Shown here: positions 48,694-58,753 of the stretch, piece by piece | Position numbering within the stretch: the first letter of the stretch is position 1 | How the letters are laid out: each line of letters begins with the position of its first letter | Source: Escherichia coli | GTDB lineage: Bacteria; Pseudomonadota; Gammaproteobacteria; Enterobacterales; Enterobacteriaceae | Length of the DNA: 64,000 bases | Strand: one strand, 5' to 3' | Assembly (NCBI RefSeq): GCF_016903815.1 | Contig: NZ_CP069973.1 | Notes under the pieces: model-generated | What the model saw: only the letters and a program-made list of their open reading frames with translations | Database searches by the model: none | Told to the model about the DNA's origin: nothing | Made by a program: the position numbers and the translations under genes

Positions 48694-51600
48694 ATGGGTA
48701 AAGGCAGCAGTAAGGGGCATACCCCGCGCGAAGCGAAGGACAACCTGAAGTCCACGCAGCTGCTGAGTGTGATCGATGCCATCAGCGAAGGGCCGGTTGA
48801 AGGTCCGGTGGATGGATTAAAAAGCGTGCTGCTGAACAGTACGCCGGTGCTGGACAGTGAGGGGAATACCAATATATCCGGCGTCACGGTGGTGTTCCGG
48901 GCCGGTGAGCAGGAGCAGACACCGCCGGAGGGATTTGAATCCTCCGGCTCCGAGACGGTGCTCGGTACAGAAGTGAAATATGACACGCCGATAACCCGGA
49001 CCATCACGTCGGCAAACATTGACCGTCTGCGTTTTACTTTCGGCGTGCAGGCACTGGTGGAAACCACCTCAAAGGGGGACAGGAATCCATCGGAAGTCCG
49101 CCTGCTGGTTCAGATACAACGTAACGGTGGCTGGGTGACGGAAAAAGACATCACCATTAAGGGTAAAACCACTTCACAGTATCTGGCCTCGGTTGTGGTG
49201 GATAACCTGCCGCCGCGCCCGTTTAATATCCGGATGCGCAGGATGACGCCGGACAGCACCACAGACCAGCTGCAGAACAAAACGCTCTGGTCGTCATACA
49301 CTGAAATCATCGATGTGAAACAGTGCTACCCGAACACGGCACTGGTCGGCGTGCAGGTGGACTCGGAACAGTTCGGCAGCCAGCAGGTGAGCCGTAATTA
49401 TCATCTTCGCGGGCGCATTCTGCAGGTGCCATCGAACTATAACCCGCAGACTCGGCAATACAGCGGTATCTGGGACGGAACGTTTAAGCCAGCATACAGC
49501 AATAACATGGCCTGGTGTCTGTGGGATATGCTGACCCATCCACGCTACGGCATGGGGAAACGTCTTGGTGCGGCGGATGTGGACAAATGGGCGCTGTATG
49601 TCATCGGCCAGTACTGCGACCAGTCAGTGCCGGACGGCTTTGGCGGCACGGAGCCGCGCATCACCTGTAATGCGTACCTGACCACACAGCGCAAGGCGTG
49701 GGATGTGCTCAGTGATTTCTGTTCGGCGATGCGCTGTATGCTGGTATGGAACGGGCAGACGCTGACGTTCGTGCAGGACCGACCGTCGGATAAGGTGTGG
49801 ACCTATAACCACAGTAATGTGGTGATGCCGGATGATGGCGCGCCGTTCCGCTACAGCTTCAGCGCCCTGAAGGACCGCCATAATGCCGTTGAGGTGAACT
49901 GGATTGACCCGGATAACGGCTGGGAGACGGCGACAGAGCTTGTTGAAGATACGCAGGCCATTCTCCGTTACGGTCGTAACGTCACGAAGATGGATGCCTT
50001 TGGCTGTACCAGCCGGGGGCAGGCGCACCGCGCCGGGCTGTGGCTGATTAAAACGGAACTGCTGGAAACGCAGACCGTGGACTTCAGCGTGGGTGCCGAA
50101 GGGCTTCGCCATGTACCGGGCGATGTCATTGAAATCTGTGATGATGACTATGCCGGTATCAGCACCGGTGGTCGCGTGCTGGCGGTGAACAGCCAGACCC
50201 GGACGCTGACGCTCGACCGTGAAATCACGCTGCCATCCTCCGGTACCACGCTGATAAGCCTGGTTGACGGAAGTGGTAATCCGGTCAGCGTGGAGGTTCA
50301 GTCCGTCACCGACGGACTTAAGGTGAAAGTGAACCGGGTTCCTGACGGCGTTGCAGAATACAGTGTGTGGGGGCTGAAGCTGCCGACGCTGCGCCAGCGC
50401 CTGTTCCGCTGTGTGAGTATCCGTGAGAACGATGACGGCACGTATGCCATCACTGCCGTGCAGCATGTACCGGAAAAAGAAGCCATCGTGGATAACGGGG
50501 CGCACTTTGACGGCGACCAGAGCGGCACGGTGAATGGTGTCACGCCGCCAGCGGTGCAGCACCTGACCGCCGAAGTCACCGCAGACAGCGGGGAATATCA
50601 GGTGCTGGCGCGCTGGGACACGCCGAAGGTGGTGAAGGGCGTGAGCTTCCTGCTTCGCCTGACCGTGGCAGCGGATGACGGCAGTGAGCGGCTGGTCAGC
50701 ACGGCCCGGACGACGGAAACCACATACCGCTTCACGCAACTGGCGCTGGGGCGGTACACGCTGACAGTCCGGGCGGTAAATGCGTGGGGACAGCAGGGCG
50801 ATCCGGCGTCGGTATCGTTCCGGATTGCCGCACCGGTAGCACCGTCGCGGATTGAGCTGACGCCGGGGTATTTTCAGATAACCGCCACGCCGCATCTTGC
50901 CGTTTATGACCCGACGGTACAGTTTGAGTTCTGGTTCTCGGAAAAGCGGATTACCGATATCAGGCAGGTTGAAACCACAGCCAGCTATCTTGGCACGGGG
51001 CTGTACTGGATAGCCGCCAGTATCAATATCAAACCGGGCCATGATTATTATTTTTACGTTCGCAGTGTGAACACCGTTGGCAAATCGGCATTCGTGGAGG
51101 CTGTTGGTCAGCCGAGTGATGATGCATCCGGCTATCTGGATTTTTTCAAAGGCGAGATAGGGAAAACCCATCTGGCTCAGGAGCTGTGGACGCAGATTGA
51201 TAACGGTCAGCTTGCGCCTGACCTGGCTGAAATCAGGACGTCCATTACGGATGTCAGCAATGAAATCACGCAGACCGTCAATAAGAAACTGGAAGACCAG
51301 AGTGCAGCGATCCAGCAGATACAGAAGGTTCAGGTTGATACAAATAATAACCTGAACAGCATGTGGGCAGTGAAGCTGCAGCAGATGCAGGACGGACGCC
51401 TTTATATTGCGGGTATCGGTGCCGGTATTGAGAACACCCCCGACGGCATGCAGAGTCAGGTGCTGCTGGCGGCGGACAGGATTGCGATGATTAATCCTGC
51501 GAATGGCAACACAAAGCCGATGTTTGTTGGTCAGGGCGATCAGATATTCATGAATGAAGTGTTCCTGAAATATCTGACGGCTCCCACCATTACCAGCGGC

Positions 51601-52173
51601 GGTAATCCTCCGGCATTTTCCCTGACACCGGACGGGCGACTGACGGCGAAAAATGCCGATATCAGCGGTAGCGTGAATGCGAACTCCGGGACGCTCAACA
51701 ACGTCACGATTAACGAGAACTGTCGGGTTCTGGGAAAACTGTCCGCGAACCAGATTGAAGGCGATCTCGTTAAAACAGTGGGCAAAGCTTTCCCCCGGGA
51801 CTCCCGTGCACCGGAGCGGTGGCCATCAGGGACCATTACCGTCAGGGTTTATGACGATCAGCCGTTTGACCGGCAAATTGTTATTCCAGCGGTGGCTTTC
51901 AGCGGTGCCAGACATGAACGGGAGAATAGCGATACTTATTCGTCATGCCGCCTGATAGTGAAGAAAAACGGGGCTGAAATTTATAACCGAACGGCTCTGG
52001 ATAATACTCTGATTTACACGGGTGTTATTGATATGCCTGCAGGCAGTGGCGTAATGACACTGGAGTTTTCTGTATCAGCATGGTGGGTAAATGGCTGGTA
52101 TCCCACAGCAAGTATCAGCGATTTGCTGGTTGTTGTGATGAAGAAAGCCACTGCAGGCATCACGATTAGCTGA
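48694..52173 (+). CDS. tail tip / host-specificity protein J
   Basis: 1159 aa, colinear with lambda gpJ ([34 protein letters not shown]...). Confidence 0.95.
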   Translation: MGKGSSKGHTPREAKDNLKSTQLLSVIDAISEGPVEGPVDGLKSVLLNSTPVLDSEGNTNISGVTVVFRAGEQEQTPPEGFESSGSETVLGTEVKYDTPITRTITSANIDRLRFTFGVQALVETTSKGDRNPSEVRLLVQIQRNGGWVTEKDITIKGKTTSQYLASVVVDNLPPRPFNIRMRRMTPDSTTDQLQNKTLWSSYTEIIDVKQCYPNTALVGVQVDSEQFGSQQVSRNYHLRGRILQVPSNYNPQTRQYSGIWDGTFKPAYSNNMAWCLWDMLTHPRYGMGKRLGAADVDKWALYVIGQYCDQSVPDGFGGTEPRITCNAYLTTQRKAWDVLSDFCSAMRCMLVWNGQTLTFVQDRPSDKVWTYNHSNVVMPDDGAPFRYSFSALKDRHNAVEVNWIDPDNGWETATELVEDTQAILRYGRNVTKMDAFGCTSRGQAHRAGLWLIKTELLETQTVDFSVGAEGLRHVPGDVIEICDDDYAGISTGGRVLAVNSQTRTLTLDREITLPSSGTTLISLVDGSGNPVSVEVQSVTDGLKVKVNRVPDGVAEYSVWGLKLPTLRQRLFRCVSIRENDDGTYAITAVQHVPEKEAIVDNGAHFDGDQSGTVNGVTPPAVQHLTAEVTADSGEYQVLARWDTPKVVKGVSFLLRLTVAADDGSERLVSTARTTETTYRFTQLALGRYTLTVRAVNAWGQQGDPASVSFRIAAPVAPSRIELTPGYFQITATPHLAVYDPTVQFEFWFSEKRITDIRQVETTASYLGTGLYWIAASINIKPGHDYYFYVRSVNTVGKSAFVEAVGQPSDDASGYLDFFKGEIGKTHLAQELWTQIDNGQLAPDLAEIRTSITDVSNEITQTVNKKLEDQSAAIQQIQKVQVDTNNNLNSMWAVKLQQMQDGRLYIAGIGAGIENTPDGMQSQVLLAADRIAMINPANGNTKPMFVGQGDQIFMNEVFLKYLTAPTITSGGNPPAFSLTPDGRLTAKNADISGSVNANSGTLNNVTINENCRVLGKLSANQIEGDLVKTVGKAFPRDSRAPERWPSGTITVRVYDDQPFDRQIVIPAVAFSGARHERENSDTYSSCRLIVKKNGAEIYNRTALDNTLIYTGVIDMPAGSGVMTLEFSVSAWWVNGWYPTASISDLLVVVMKKATAGITIS

Positions 52174-52191
52174 ATTTTATAACCCAGATAC

Positions 52192-52216
52192 GGGCGCCAG
52201 AAATGGCGCCTTTTTT
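52192..52216 (+). terminator. rho-independent terminator after J
   Basis: GGCGCC-agaaat-GGCGCC followed by TTTTTT. Confidence 0.65.
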
Positions 52217-52240
52217 ATTGCAGAAAAGCGAGAGGTAATT

Positions 52241-52840
52241 ATGCGTAAATTATGTGCTGTTATTCTGTCCACAGTAGTCTGGCTGGTCGCCGCTGGTACG
52301 CCAGCGAGCGCAGCAGAGCATCAGTCCACACTAAGCGCCGGGTATCTTCAGACCCATACTGATATGCCCGGCAACGATGACCTGAAGGGCATTAACGTGA
52401 AATACCGTTATGAATTTACGGACACGCTGGGGCTGGTGACGTCATTCAGTTATGCCAATGCCAAAGATGAGCAAAAAACGCATTACAGCGATACCCGCTG
52501 GCATGAAGATTCAGTGCGTAACCGCTGGTTCAGCATGATGGCGGGGCCGTCTGTACGCGTGAATGAATGGTTCAGTGCTTATGCGATGGCAGGTGTGGCT
52601 TACAGCCGTGTTTCAACTTTTTCCGGGGATTATCTCCGCGTAACTGACAGCAAGGGGAAAACGCACGATGTGCTGACCGGAAGTGATGACGGTCGCCACA
52701 GCAACACGTCTCTGGCGTGGGGGGCTGGCGTGCAGTTTAACCCGACCGAATCCGTGGCCATTGATATTGCTTATGAAGGCTCCGGCAGTGGTGACTGGCG
52801 CACTGACGGTTTCATCGTGGGTGTCGGTTATAAATTCTGA
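52241..52840 (+). CDS. lomR: Lom/Ail-family outer-membrane beta-barrel protein
   Basis: 199 aa with a signal peptide (VVWLVAAGTPASA) and the C-terminal ...GVGYKF typical of OMPs. Confidence 0.9.
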   Translation: MRKLCAVILSTVVWLVAAGTPASAAEHQSTLSAGYLQTHTDMPGNDDLKGINVKYRYEFTDTLGLVTSFSYANAKDEQKTHYSDTRWHEDSVRNRWFSMMAGPSVRVNEWFSAYAMAGVAYSRVSTFSGDYLRVTDSKGKTHDVLTGSDDGRHSNTSLAWGAGVQFNPTESVAIDIAYEGSGSGDWRTDGFIVGVGYKF

Positions 52841-52866
52841 TTAGCCAGGTAACACAGTGTTATGAC

Positions 52867-52893
52867 AGCCCGCCGGTTCAGGCGGGCTTTTTT
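52867..52893 (+). terminator. rho-independent terminator after lom
   Basis: AGCCCGCC-ggttca-GGCGGGCT followed by TTTTTT. Confidence 0.7.
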
Positions 52894-52904
52894 GTGGAGT
52901 GGAT

Positions 52905-55304
52905 ATGGCAGCAGTAAAAATCTCAGGTGTGCTGAAAGATTGTGCGGGAAAACCAATACAGAACTGCACTATTCAACTGAAGGCAAAGCGTAACAGCACC
53001 ACGGTACTGGTGAACACGGTGGCCTCTGAAAATCCGGATGAAGCCGGGCGTTACAGCATGGATGTTGAGCATGGCCAGTACAGCGTCATCCTGCTGGTTG
53101 AAGGTTTTCCGCCTTCACATGCCGGGACCATTACCGTCTATGAAGGCTCCAGACCAGGTACGCTGAATGATTTTCTCGGTGCCATGACGGAAGAGGATGT
53201 CATGCCGGAGGCATTGCGTCGTTTTGAGGCAATGGTGGAAGAAGTGGCACGCAACGCCGAAGCCGCCTCTCAGAGCGCAGCGGCGGCAAAGAAATCCGAA
53301 ACTGCAGCGGCATCATCGAAGAACGCGGCGAAAACCTCAGAAACGAATGCAGCTAATAGTGCACAGGCGGCAGCGACCTCAAAGACTGCATCGGCAAACT
53401 CTGCGACAGCAGCCAAAAAATCAGAAACCAACGCGAAAAACAGTGAGACAGCCGCAAAGACGAGCGAAACCAACGCAAAGTCCAGCCAGACGGCAGCGAA
53501 AACCAGCGAAACGAATGCCAAAGCCAGTGAAACTGCGGCAAAAAACAGCCAGGCTGCAGCAGCTGAAAGCGAGAGCGCGGCAGCCGGTTCTGCGACTTCA
53601 GCAGCTGGATCAGCAACTGCTGCGGCTAACAGCCAGAAAGCTGCGAAGACGAGTGAAACTAACGCAAAGTCCAGCCAGACGGCAGCGAAGACCAGCGAAA
53701 CGAATGCCAAAGCCAGTGAAACTGCGGCGAAAAGCAGTCAGGATGCAGCGGCCCAAAGCGAGAGTGCCGCAGCCAGTTCTGCAAGCGCGGCGGCTGCTTC
53801 TGCCACTGCATCAGCTAACAGTCAAAAAGCAGCAAAAACCAGTGAAACCAACGCAAAGGTGAGCGAAACAGCGGCTGCGAACTCAGCGAAAGCATCGGCA
53901 GCAAGCCAGACGGCAGCTAAAGCAAGCGAAGATGCAGCCAGAGAGTACGCAAGCCAGGCTGCGGAGCCGTATAAATATGTCTTACAGCCGCTGCCTGATG
54001 TGTGGATACCATTTAACGATTCGCTGGATATGATTACGGGCTTTTCGCCATCATATAAAAAAATTGTTATTGGTGATGATGAAATAACGATGCCTGGCGA
54101 CAAGGTTGTTAAGTTTAAACGCGCATCAACTGCCACATATATCAATAAATCAGGCGTATTTAGTGTTGCTAAAATTGATGAGCCACGATTTGAAAAAGAA
54201 GGTTTATTGATTGAAGGACAGCGCACTAACTATTTTGTTAAATCCAATACTCCCGCTGAATGGACGAGTACCAGCAATATCGATAAAACTAATAATGGTG
54301 TTGATGAATTTGGTTTTTCATATGCCAAAATGCGAACAAAAGATAATATGACAGGACAATCATCTGCACTTAGTCTGCATACATGCAGTGCATCCCGGGG
54401 GATTGATGTTAGTGGCGATAATAAGTATTGCACTGTTTCATGCAGGGTTAAAGCTCCTGATGGTCTTCGTTGTCGTTTGCGTTTTGAAAAATACGATGGG
54501 TCGGTTTATACATTTTTAGGAGATGCTTATTTAACTTTCGGAACTCTGATAATAGAAAAAACTGGCGGGGCAGCCAATAGAATAGCAGCTACTGCAACTA
54601 AAGATCCGGTTACAGGGTGGATTTTCTATGAGGCAACTATAGAAGCTGTTGAAGGTGAAACCTTAATTGGCGCAATGATTCAGTATGCGCCGAAAAAAGG
54701 TGGTATAACTGAAGCGGGAGATTATATTTACCTTGCAACACCACAATTTGAAAACGGCGGATGTGCTTCATCTTTTGTTATTACGACAACTGCACCCGCA
54801 ACCCGCTCCAGTGATATGGTGACGATCCCAACTGAAAATAATATCTATAATAGACCGCTTACGTGTCTTGTCGAGGTTAATAGAAATTGGGGCGATATTC
54901 CTCCTAATGTAGCACCGCGTATTTTTGATTTTTCTGGTGTGCCACCTATTGAGTCAATTACATACGCTTTTAACACAACTGAGAAATATTACGGTCAGCT
55001 TTATATGCAAACTTATAAAGCGTCGACAAGTACTTACGTTTCTAGTGTGTTTGCTGGTCGAGCTGATGTTCGAAAATTCATTGGTGGTTTTAATATTTAT
55101 TCTGATGGTACTAAACGAGTAGTTTCTAACGGTGAGGCTACTAAAACTATGAAAACGGAGTGGACGGGCGTAAAAACACGGACCTTTATTCGAATTGGAG
55201 GTCAAGCCACATCGGGAACTCGTCATCTATTCGGCCATTTGAGAAATCTTCGTCTCTGGCATAAAGAATTAACTGATGCGCAAATGGGGGAGAGTATTAA
55301 ATGA
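52905..55304 (+). CDS. side tail fibre protein (Stf family) with a divergent C-terminal receptor-binding region
   Basis: 799 aa. It has the lambda Stf-like N-terminus (MAAVKISGVLKDCAGKPIQNCTIQLKAKRNSTT...), an Ala/Ser/Thr-rich repeat shaft and a distinct C-terminal 400 aa. Confidence 0.85.
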   Translation: MAAVKISGVLKDCAGKPIQNCTIQLKAKRNSTTVLVNTVASENPDEAGRYSMDVEHGQYSVILLVEGFPPSHAGTITVYEGSRPGTLNDFLGAMTEEDVMPEALRRFEAMVEEVARNAEAASQSAAAAKKSETAAASSKNAAKTSETNAANSAQAAATSKTASANSATAAKKSETNAKNSETAAKTSETNAKSSQTAAKTSETNAKASETAAKNSQAAAAESESAAAGSATSAAGSATAAANSQKAAKTSETNAKSSQTAAKTSETNAKASETAAKSSQDAAAQSESAAASSASAAAASATASANSQKAAKTSETNAKVSETAAANSAKASAASQTAAKASEDAAREYASQAAEPYKYVLQPLPDVWIPFNDSLDMITGFSPSYKKIVIGDDEITMPGDKVVKFKRASTATYINKSGVFSVAKIDEPRFEKEGLLIEGQRTNYFVKSNTPAEWTSTSNIDKTNNGVDEFGFSYAKMRTKDNMTGQSSALSLHTCSASRGIDVSGDNKYCTVSCRVKAPDGLRCRLRFEKYDGSVYTFLGDAYLTFGTLIIEKTGGAANRIAATATKDPVTGWIFYEATIEAVEGETLIGAMIQYAPKKGGITEAGDYIYLATPQFENGGCASSFVITTTAPATRSSDMVTIPTENNIYNRPLTCLVEVNRNWGDIPPNVAPRIFDFSGVPPIESITYAFNTTEKYYGQLYMQTYKASTSTYVSSVFAGRADVRKFIGGFNIYSDGTKRVVSNGEATKTMKTEWTGVKTRTFIRIGGQATSGTRHLFGHLRNLRLWHKELTDAQMGESIK
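53457..53880 (+). repeat. tandem 189-bp (63-codon) repeats within stf, about 2.2 copies
   Basis: Units start at 53457 and 53646 (AAGACGAG(C/T)GAAAC(C/T)AACGCAAAGTCCAGCCAGACGGCAGCGAA...), with a partial third unit from 53835. Confidence 0.8.
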
Positions 55305-55582
55305 AAGATTTAACACTCAAATTTGCAGACAGGGCCGACTTTTCGGCCTTTATGGAGAGCATTGGCTATTATGATGACGAGTCGATGCAGGATGATATTC
55401 TTATTGACGTGATAGGTAATGTGTACAAAGAAACCGGAGAACTTACTGAAGATGGCGAGCCGGTATGTGTTAAGGAGGACGGATATTTTGTAAATGTGCG
55501 CATCATTAATGATTCGCAAATATCGTCATTATTCGATGAACACGCGGTTGCTGTTGAGCATCAACTCCGTAGCTGGATGTGA
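55301..55582 (+). CDS. hypothetical acidic protein downstream of stf
   Basis: 93 aa, with an ATGA overlap with the stf stop. No Tfa-family similarity recognised. Confidence 0.5.
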   Translation: MKDLTLKFADRADFSAFMESIGYYDDESMQDDILIDVIGNVYKETGELTEDGEPVCVKEDGYFVNVRIINDSQISSLFDEHAVAVEHQLRSWM

Positions 55583-55591
55583 GGAAGAAAA

Positions 55592-56296
55592 ATGGCTACA
55601 TCGACAGTAATTCCTGATGACATCAAAACGCTAAAGGGAGATGTCAGTAAGGCAAAGGAAGATATTTCCTCAATTAACGTAAAAGTATCAACGCTTCAGA
55701 CTGATATGGACAGTGCAAAGCAGGATATCAGTACCAGATACACAAAAACAGAAGTGGATAATAAGCTGAAAAACAAAGTGGAAGTGAACGATCTGGAAAG
55801 TGGTCGTTATGGCGGAGATTTTTACCCGCTGACTGGCCGTGAAGCGTTTTATTTATGGGGATTGGGCACAACTACAGCGGCGGCAAATCTTTATCTTAAT
55901 CCTGACCCTGCAATTTCGTCTGTGCTGCGGTCAACATCGTCTATCCGCTATAAACATTCAGTAGAGACGATAGATTCAGAGCACGCCGATCTCATTTTCA
56001 GGATGCGCCCTGTGTGGTACAGGTCGCAATGCGAAAATGACAGGCGTGACTGGGGATTCTATGGATTGATTGCCGAGGAAGTAGGAGAAATTGCCCCTCA
56101 GTTTGTTCACTGGCGACCAGCCAACGAAGATGATGCACCGGAAACCATTTCCAGCAATGGCCTTGTTGCCGAAGGTGTAATGTACGAACGTCTGGTTGTT
56201 CCACTGATTCACCATATCCAGAAGCTGACTGAAAGAGTTGATGAACTTGAGTCAGAATTAAAGTTGTTATCCGTTTCCCGAAGCGATATCGGATAA
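55592..56296 (+). CDS. short tail-fibre-like protein with a C-terminal intramolecular chaperone (peptidase S74-like) domain
   Basis: 234 aa with an N-terminal coiled coil. The C-terminal segment SSIRYKHSVETI...FYGLIAEEV...ERLVVPLIHHIQKLTERVDELE resembles the endosialidase/T5 pb1 auto-cleaving chaperone domain. Confidence 0.65.
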   Translation: MATSTVIPDDIKTLKGDVSKAKEDISSINVKVSTLQTDMDSAKQDISTRYTKTEVDNKLKNKVEVNDLESGRYGGDFYPLTGREAFYLWGLGTTTAAANLYLNPDPAISSVLRSTSSIRYKHSVETIDSEHADLIFRMRPVWYRSQCENDRRDWGFYGLIAEEVGEIAPQFVHWRPANEDDAPETISSNGLVAEGVMYERLVVPLIHHIQKLTERVDELESELKLLSVSRSDIG

Positions 56297-56306
56297 AGGA
56301 GGCGTA

Positions 56307-56600
56307 ATGGATATAACACCTTTCCTTCATGCACTTTGTGCTGTGGCTGCGCAGGTACTGGTTGGTCTTTTTACCGGAAACTGGGCTTACGGGGCGATAG
56401 CTGGTTGTACGTTCTTCATTGCGCGTGAACATACCCAGGCAGAATATCGCTGGATTGAAATGTTCGGGCATGGCAAGCGAATGAATATGCCGTGGTGGGG
56501 CGGTTTTGATCCGCGTGCGTGGGATGTGGCAAGCCTGATGGATTTTGCTGTGCCGGTGGTGGCGTGTCTGCTGGTCTGGCTGTTGGTTAATCGTGGGTGA
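56307..56600 (+). CDS. hypothetical 3-TM membrane protein
   Basis: 97 aa with SD AAGGAGG upstream. It is the last gene of the fibre cassette. Confidence 0.55.
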   Translation: MDITPFLHALCAVAAQVLVGLFTGNWAYGAIAGCTFFIAREHTQAEYRWIEMFGHGKRMNMPWWGGFDPRAWDVASLMDFAVPVVACLLVWLLVNRG

Positions 56601-56614
56601 AAAAAGGTGAGCTG

Positions 56615-56730
56615 TATATGCAACGGAGGAAGAAACCTCGTTGCGGGAAGCCTGGAAGAAGTATCGGGTGTTGCTGAACCGTGTTGATACGTCAACTGCA
56701 CAGATATTGAATGGCCAGCACTGCCGTAGG
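56615..56730 (+). pseudogene. 3' remnant of a tail-fibre assembly (Tfa-family) gene
   Basis: It reads ...[26 protein letters not shown], then a 1-nt loss breaks the expected (D)IEWPALP-stop ending. There is no upstream Tfa coding sequence. Confidence 0.55.
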
Positions 56731-56826
56731 GTAAAACATATAAATTCTATAATTAGATGTATCTTTCCATTTACGGCAAGGAAGGGGGCTTGGAAGACGT
56801 AAGGCATCTCACACCGAGATTATTTT

Positions 56827-57418
56827 TTATATGTCAGGTGTCTGAAGTTTTGCTTTGGCTCTTAAAATGGTTTGCCGCGAGGTTTTGAATTCCCGGGCAA
56901 TGGCACTTATACTTACACCTGACTTAATCCGTTCGAATACCACCTGTTTCTGTTCTTCATTTAACACAGGTGGTCGACCAAAACGTTTCCCTGCGCCCCG
57001 GGCTCTTACTATCCCGGAATGAGTGCGTTCAAGTAAAAGGTCTCGTTCAAATTCAGCGACTGCTGAAATTACTTGCATCATCATTTTTCCTGTTGGACTG
57101 GTCAGGTCAATGCCCCCCCAATGCTAAGCAATGCACTCTGATACCTGTTTCGGTCAGTTGTTCCACTGTTTTCCTGATATCCATTGCATTACAACCAAGG
57201 CGATCCAGTTTTGTCACAATCAATTGATCACCACATTTCAGGCGAGCAAGCAACCGGTTAAAACCAGGACGCTCACTGGTTGCTGCTGAGCCGCTAATGT
57301 GTTCTTCGATTATTTGCTGAGGTTTGATTTTAAAACCTGCACTTTCGATTTCCCGGCGTTGATTTTCGGTGGTCTGATCCAGCGTTGATATCCGACAGTA
57401 AGCAAAAATTCGAGACAT
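56827..57418 (-). pseudogene. pin: Pin-family serine DNA invertase, frameshifted in a G7 (C7 on the plus strand) run
   Basis: The N fragment (57107..57418) ends ...VHCLALGGH-stop. The C fragment [21 protein letters not shown]...HTH lies in another frame. Removing one G from 57113-57119 restores ...[16 protein letters not shown]..., as in PinQ/PinR. Confidence 0.85.
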
Positions 57419-57734
57419 AGTGAGACTCTATACGAAATTGGTGCTCATATCATAATGCATCTCAGAAAATAATTTTGATTATTTTTGTGCATGTTTGTAT
57501 GTACACGTTCGAAAATAAACGAATGCGTATGCAACCCCGTAATTTTGGTGAGACCCAAAATCGATTTTGTGAAAAATGGCTTTAACTCGGTTTGTTTTTC
57601 GAGTTCCGGGCGGACTCAAGGAAGAAGAATAGTGTTGCGTGTTATTTTAACCAGATTTCAAGTTGTTTGGTCGTGGAAAAGTGGAGCAAAATGTTGTTAA
57701 AGTGGAAAAATGATAAAAAAGTAAGTTTATTATA

Positions 57735-57968
57735 TTACATTTTACCATTTAAATTTTGGTTGTCTTTAAGAGCTGATATCGCTGTTTGTAATAATTCTTT
57801 GTTATCCAGCCATGATTTTTTCTTTATGTTTCCTTCAATGTAATCAAGCAATGTTCTGGTATTGATAGGTCTTCCCTGTTTTGCTACTTCCACTACAGCA
57901 TCCCCTAGGATAATTCTGACTTCAGGAAGCTGCGCAGGGAACCACTTTAGGGTGTCTTTTGATTTCAT
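57735..57968 (-). CDS. ydfK: YdfK/YnaE family prophage protein (cold-shock inducible in K-12)
   Basis: 77 aa from MKSKDTLKWFPAQLPEVRIILGDAVVEVAKQGRPINTRTLLDYIEG.... Confidence 0.85.
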   Translation of the reverse strand: MKSKDTLKWFPAQLPEVRIILGDAVVEVAKQGRPINTRTLLDYIEGNIKKKSWLDNKELLQTAISALKDNQNLNGKM

Positions 57969-58753
57969 GAATATATTCCTTAAAATATTATTGATTTTCA
58001 TTGCGATATTGTATGTCTGATTCAGGATATGTTGACTTATACATCGGTTTTGTCTGGGTTATTGGATATGCCAATCCCTAATTTTATTAGAGCATGACTA
58101 AAAATGCTGAATATGATAAGGAGCGAAGTGATTATCAGTATGCTGTTCATATAGCCTCGAATTAGTAATGTGTTATATATGATATAGTTGACAATTTTTA
58201 TCCTGGGTGTTCTTAAAGTTCGTAGATAAACATTGTCGTTTCAGGTATACAGGAATGCTAACAGATGGCGGCAAAAATCAGGCGGTTTATGGCGCAAGCT
58301 GAAGTGGCAACTGCAAACTATCTTATGCAGAGACTCTACACGGATTGGGTTTAAAAGTATACATAGATAACAGTTTTTATCTGAAGAAGAAAAATATCAA
58401 GGTGATATAGCCTATATGCCTTTGATGCGGAGGAATGAATGTGATGGGAGTGATGTATCTGAATAGTTGAAAAACCGCAGACACGCCTTATGCAAGAACG
58501 TGCTGCGGTTGGCTGGTAAATTTTTCGATAGTGCGAGTATTGAATGATTTCCAGCCGTTATTGATTTTACGCGTAACTCCATGAAAAAACTACTTATCTG
58601 TTGAGGAGTTTTTTTGGGGCATATATGGGACAGAAATAGGCCCCAGATAGACACTGAGATCGAACTTAGGATGCTTTTTAAAAAATGCAACTATCTGAAA
58701 AAACCTAGAAAACGCCAAGGAAACCACAGGATGGGAAAAAACACCTGTGAATT

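Larger units (their letters stand above)
9509..58745. mobile_element. Rac-family lambdoid prophage, about 49 kb, with a Qin-type right junction
   Basis: Contiguous phage modules from integrase to tail fibres and invertase. The left boundary is at ttcA/intR. The right boundary is where homology to ydfJ resumes (about 58745). Confidence 0.85.

Noticed and set aside
49624-51171. 515-aa ORF on the minus strand inside gene J
   Set aside because: It lies entirely antisense to a well-supported lambda J homologue. The product is Arg/His/Pro-rich low-complexity sequence typical of spurious antisense frames in GC-rich coding DNA, and no SD is present.
53197-53862. 221-aa plus-strand and 146/87-aa minus-strand ORFs within the stf repeat region
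   Set aside because: These are alternative frames of the Ala/Ser/Thr repeat shaft. Their products are monotonous (RRQ/KP or AAV/FA repeats), and they arise because the repeat lacks stop codons in several frames.
55998-56807. 269-aa minus-strand ORF spanning three plus-strand fibre-cassette genes
   Set aside because: It overlaps three better-supported co-oriented genes that have SDs and recognisable domains. There is no SD and the composition is odd.
57583-57604. Palindrome AACTCG-N10-CGAGTT between pin and ydfK, considered as a gix/hix-type crossover site
   Set aside because: Only the outer 6 bp are symmetric, and the inner half-sites do not follow the AAACC-NN-GGTTT pattern of Hin/Gin/Pin sites. 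I found no inverted partner site near the stf 3' end. It is more likely a weak hairpin.
58412-58690. 92-aa minus-strand ORF in the AT-rich junction region before ydfJ
   Set aside because: It has no SD and no recognisable family, and it lies in junction DNA of low coding quality. I could not support it.
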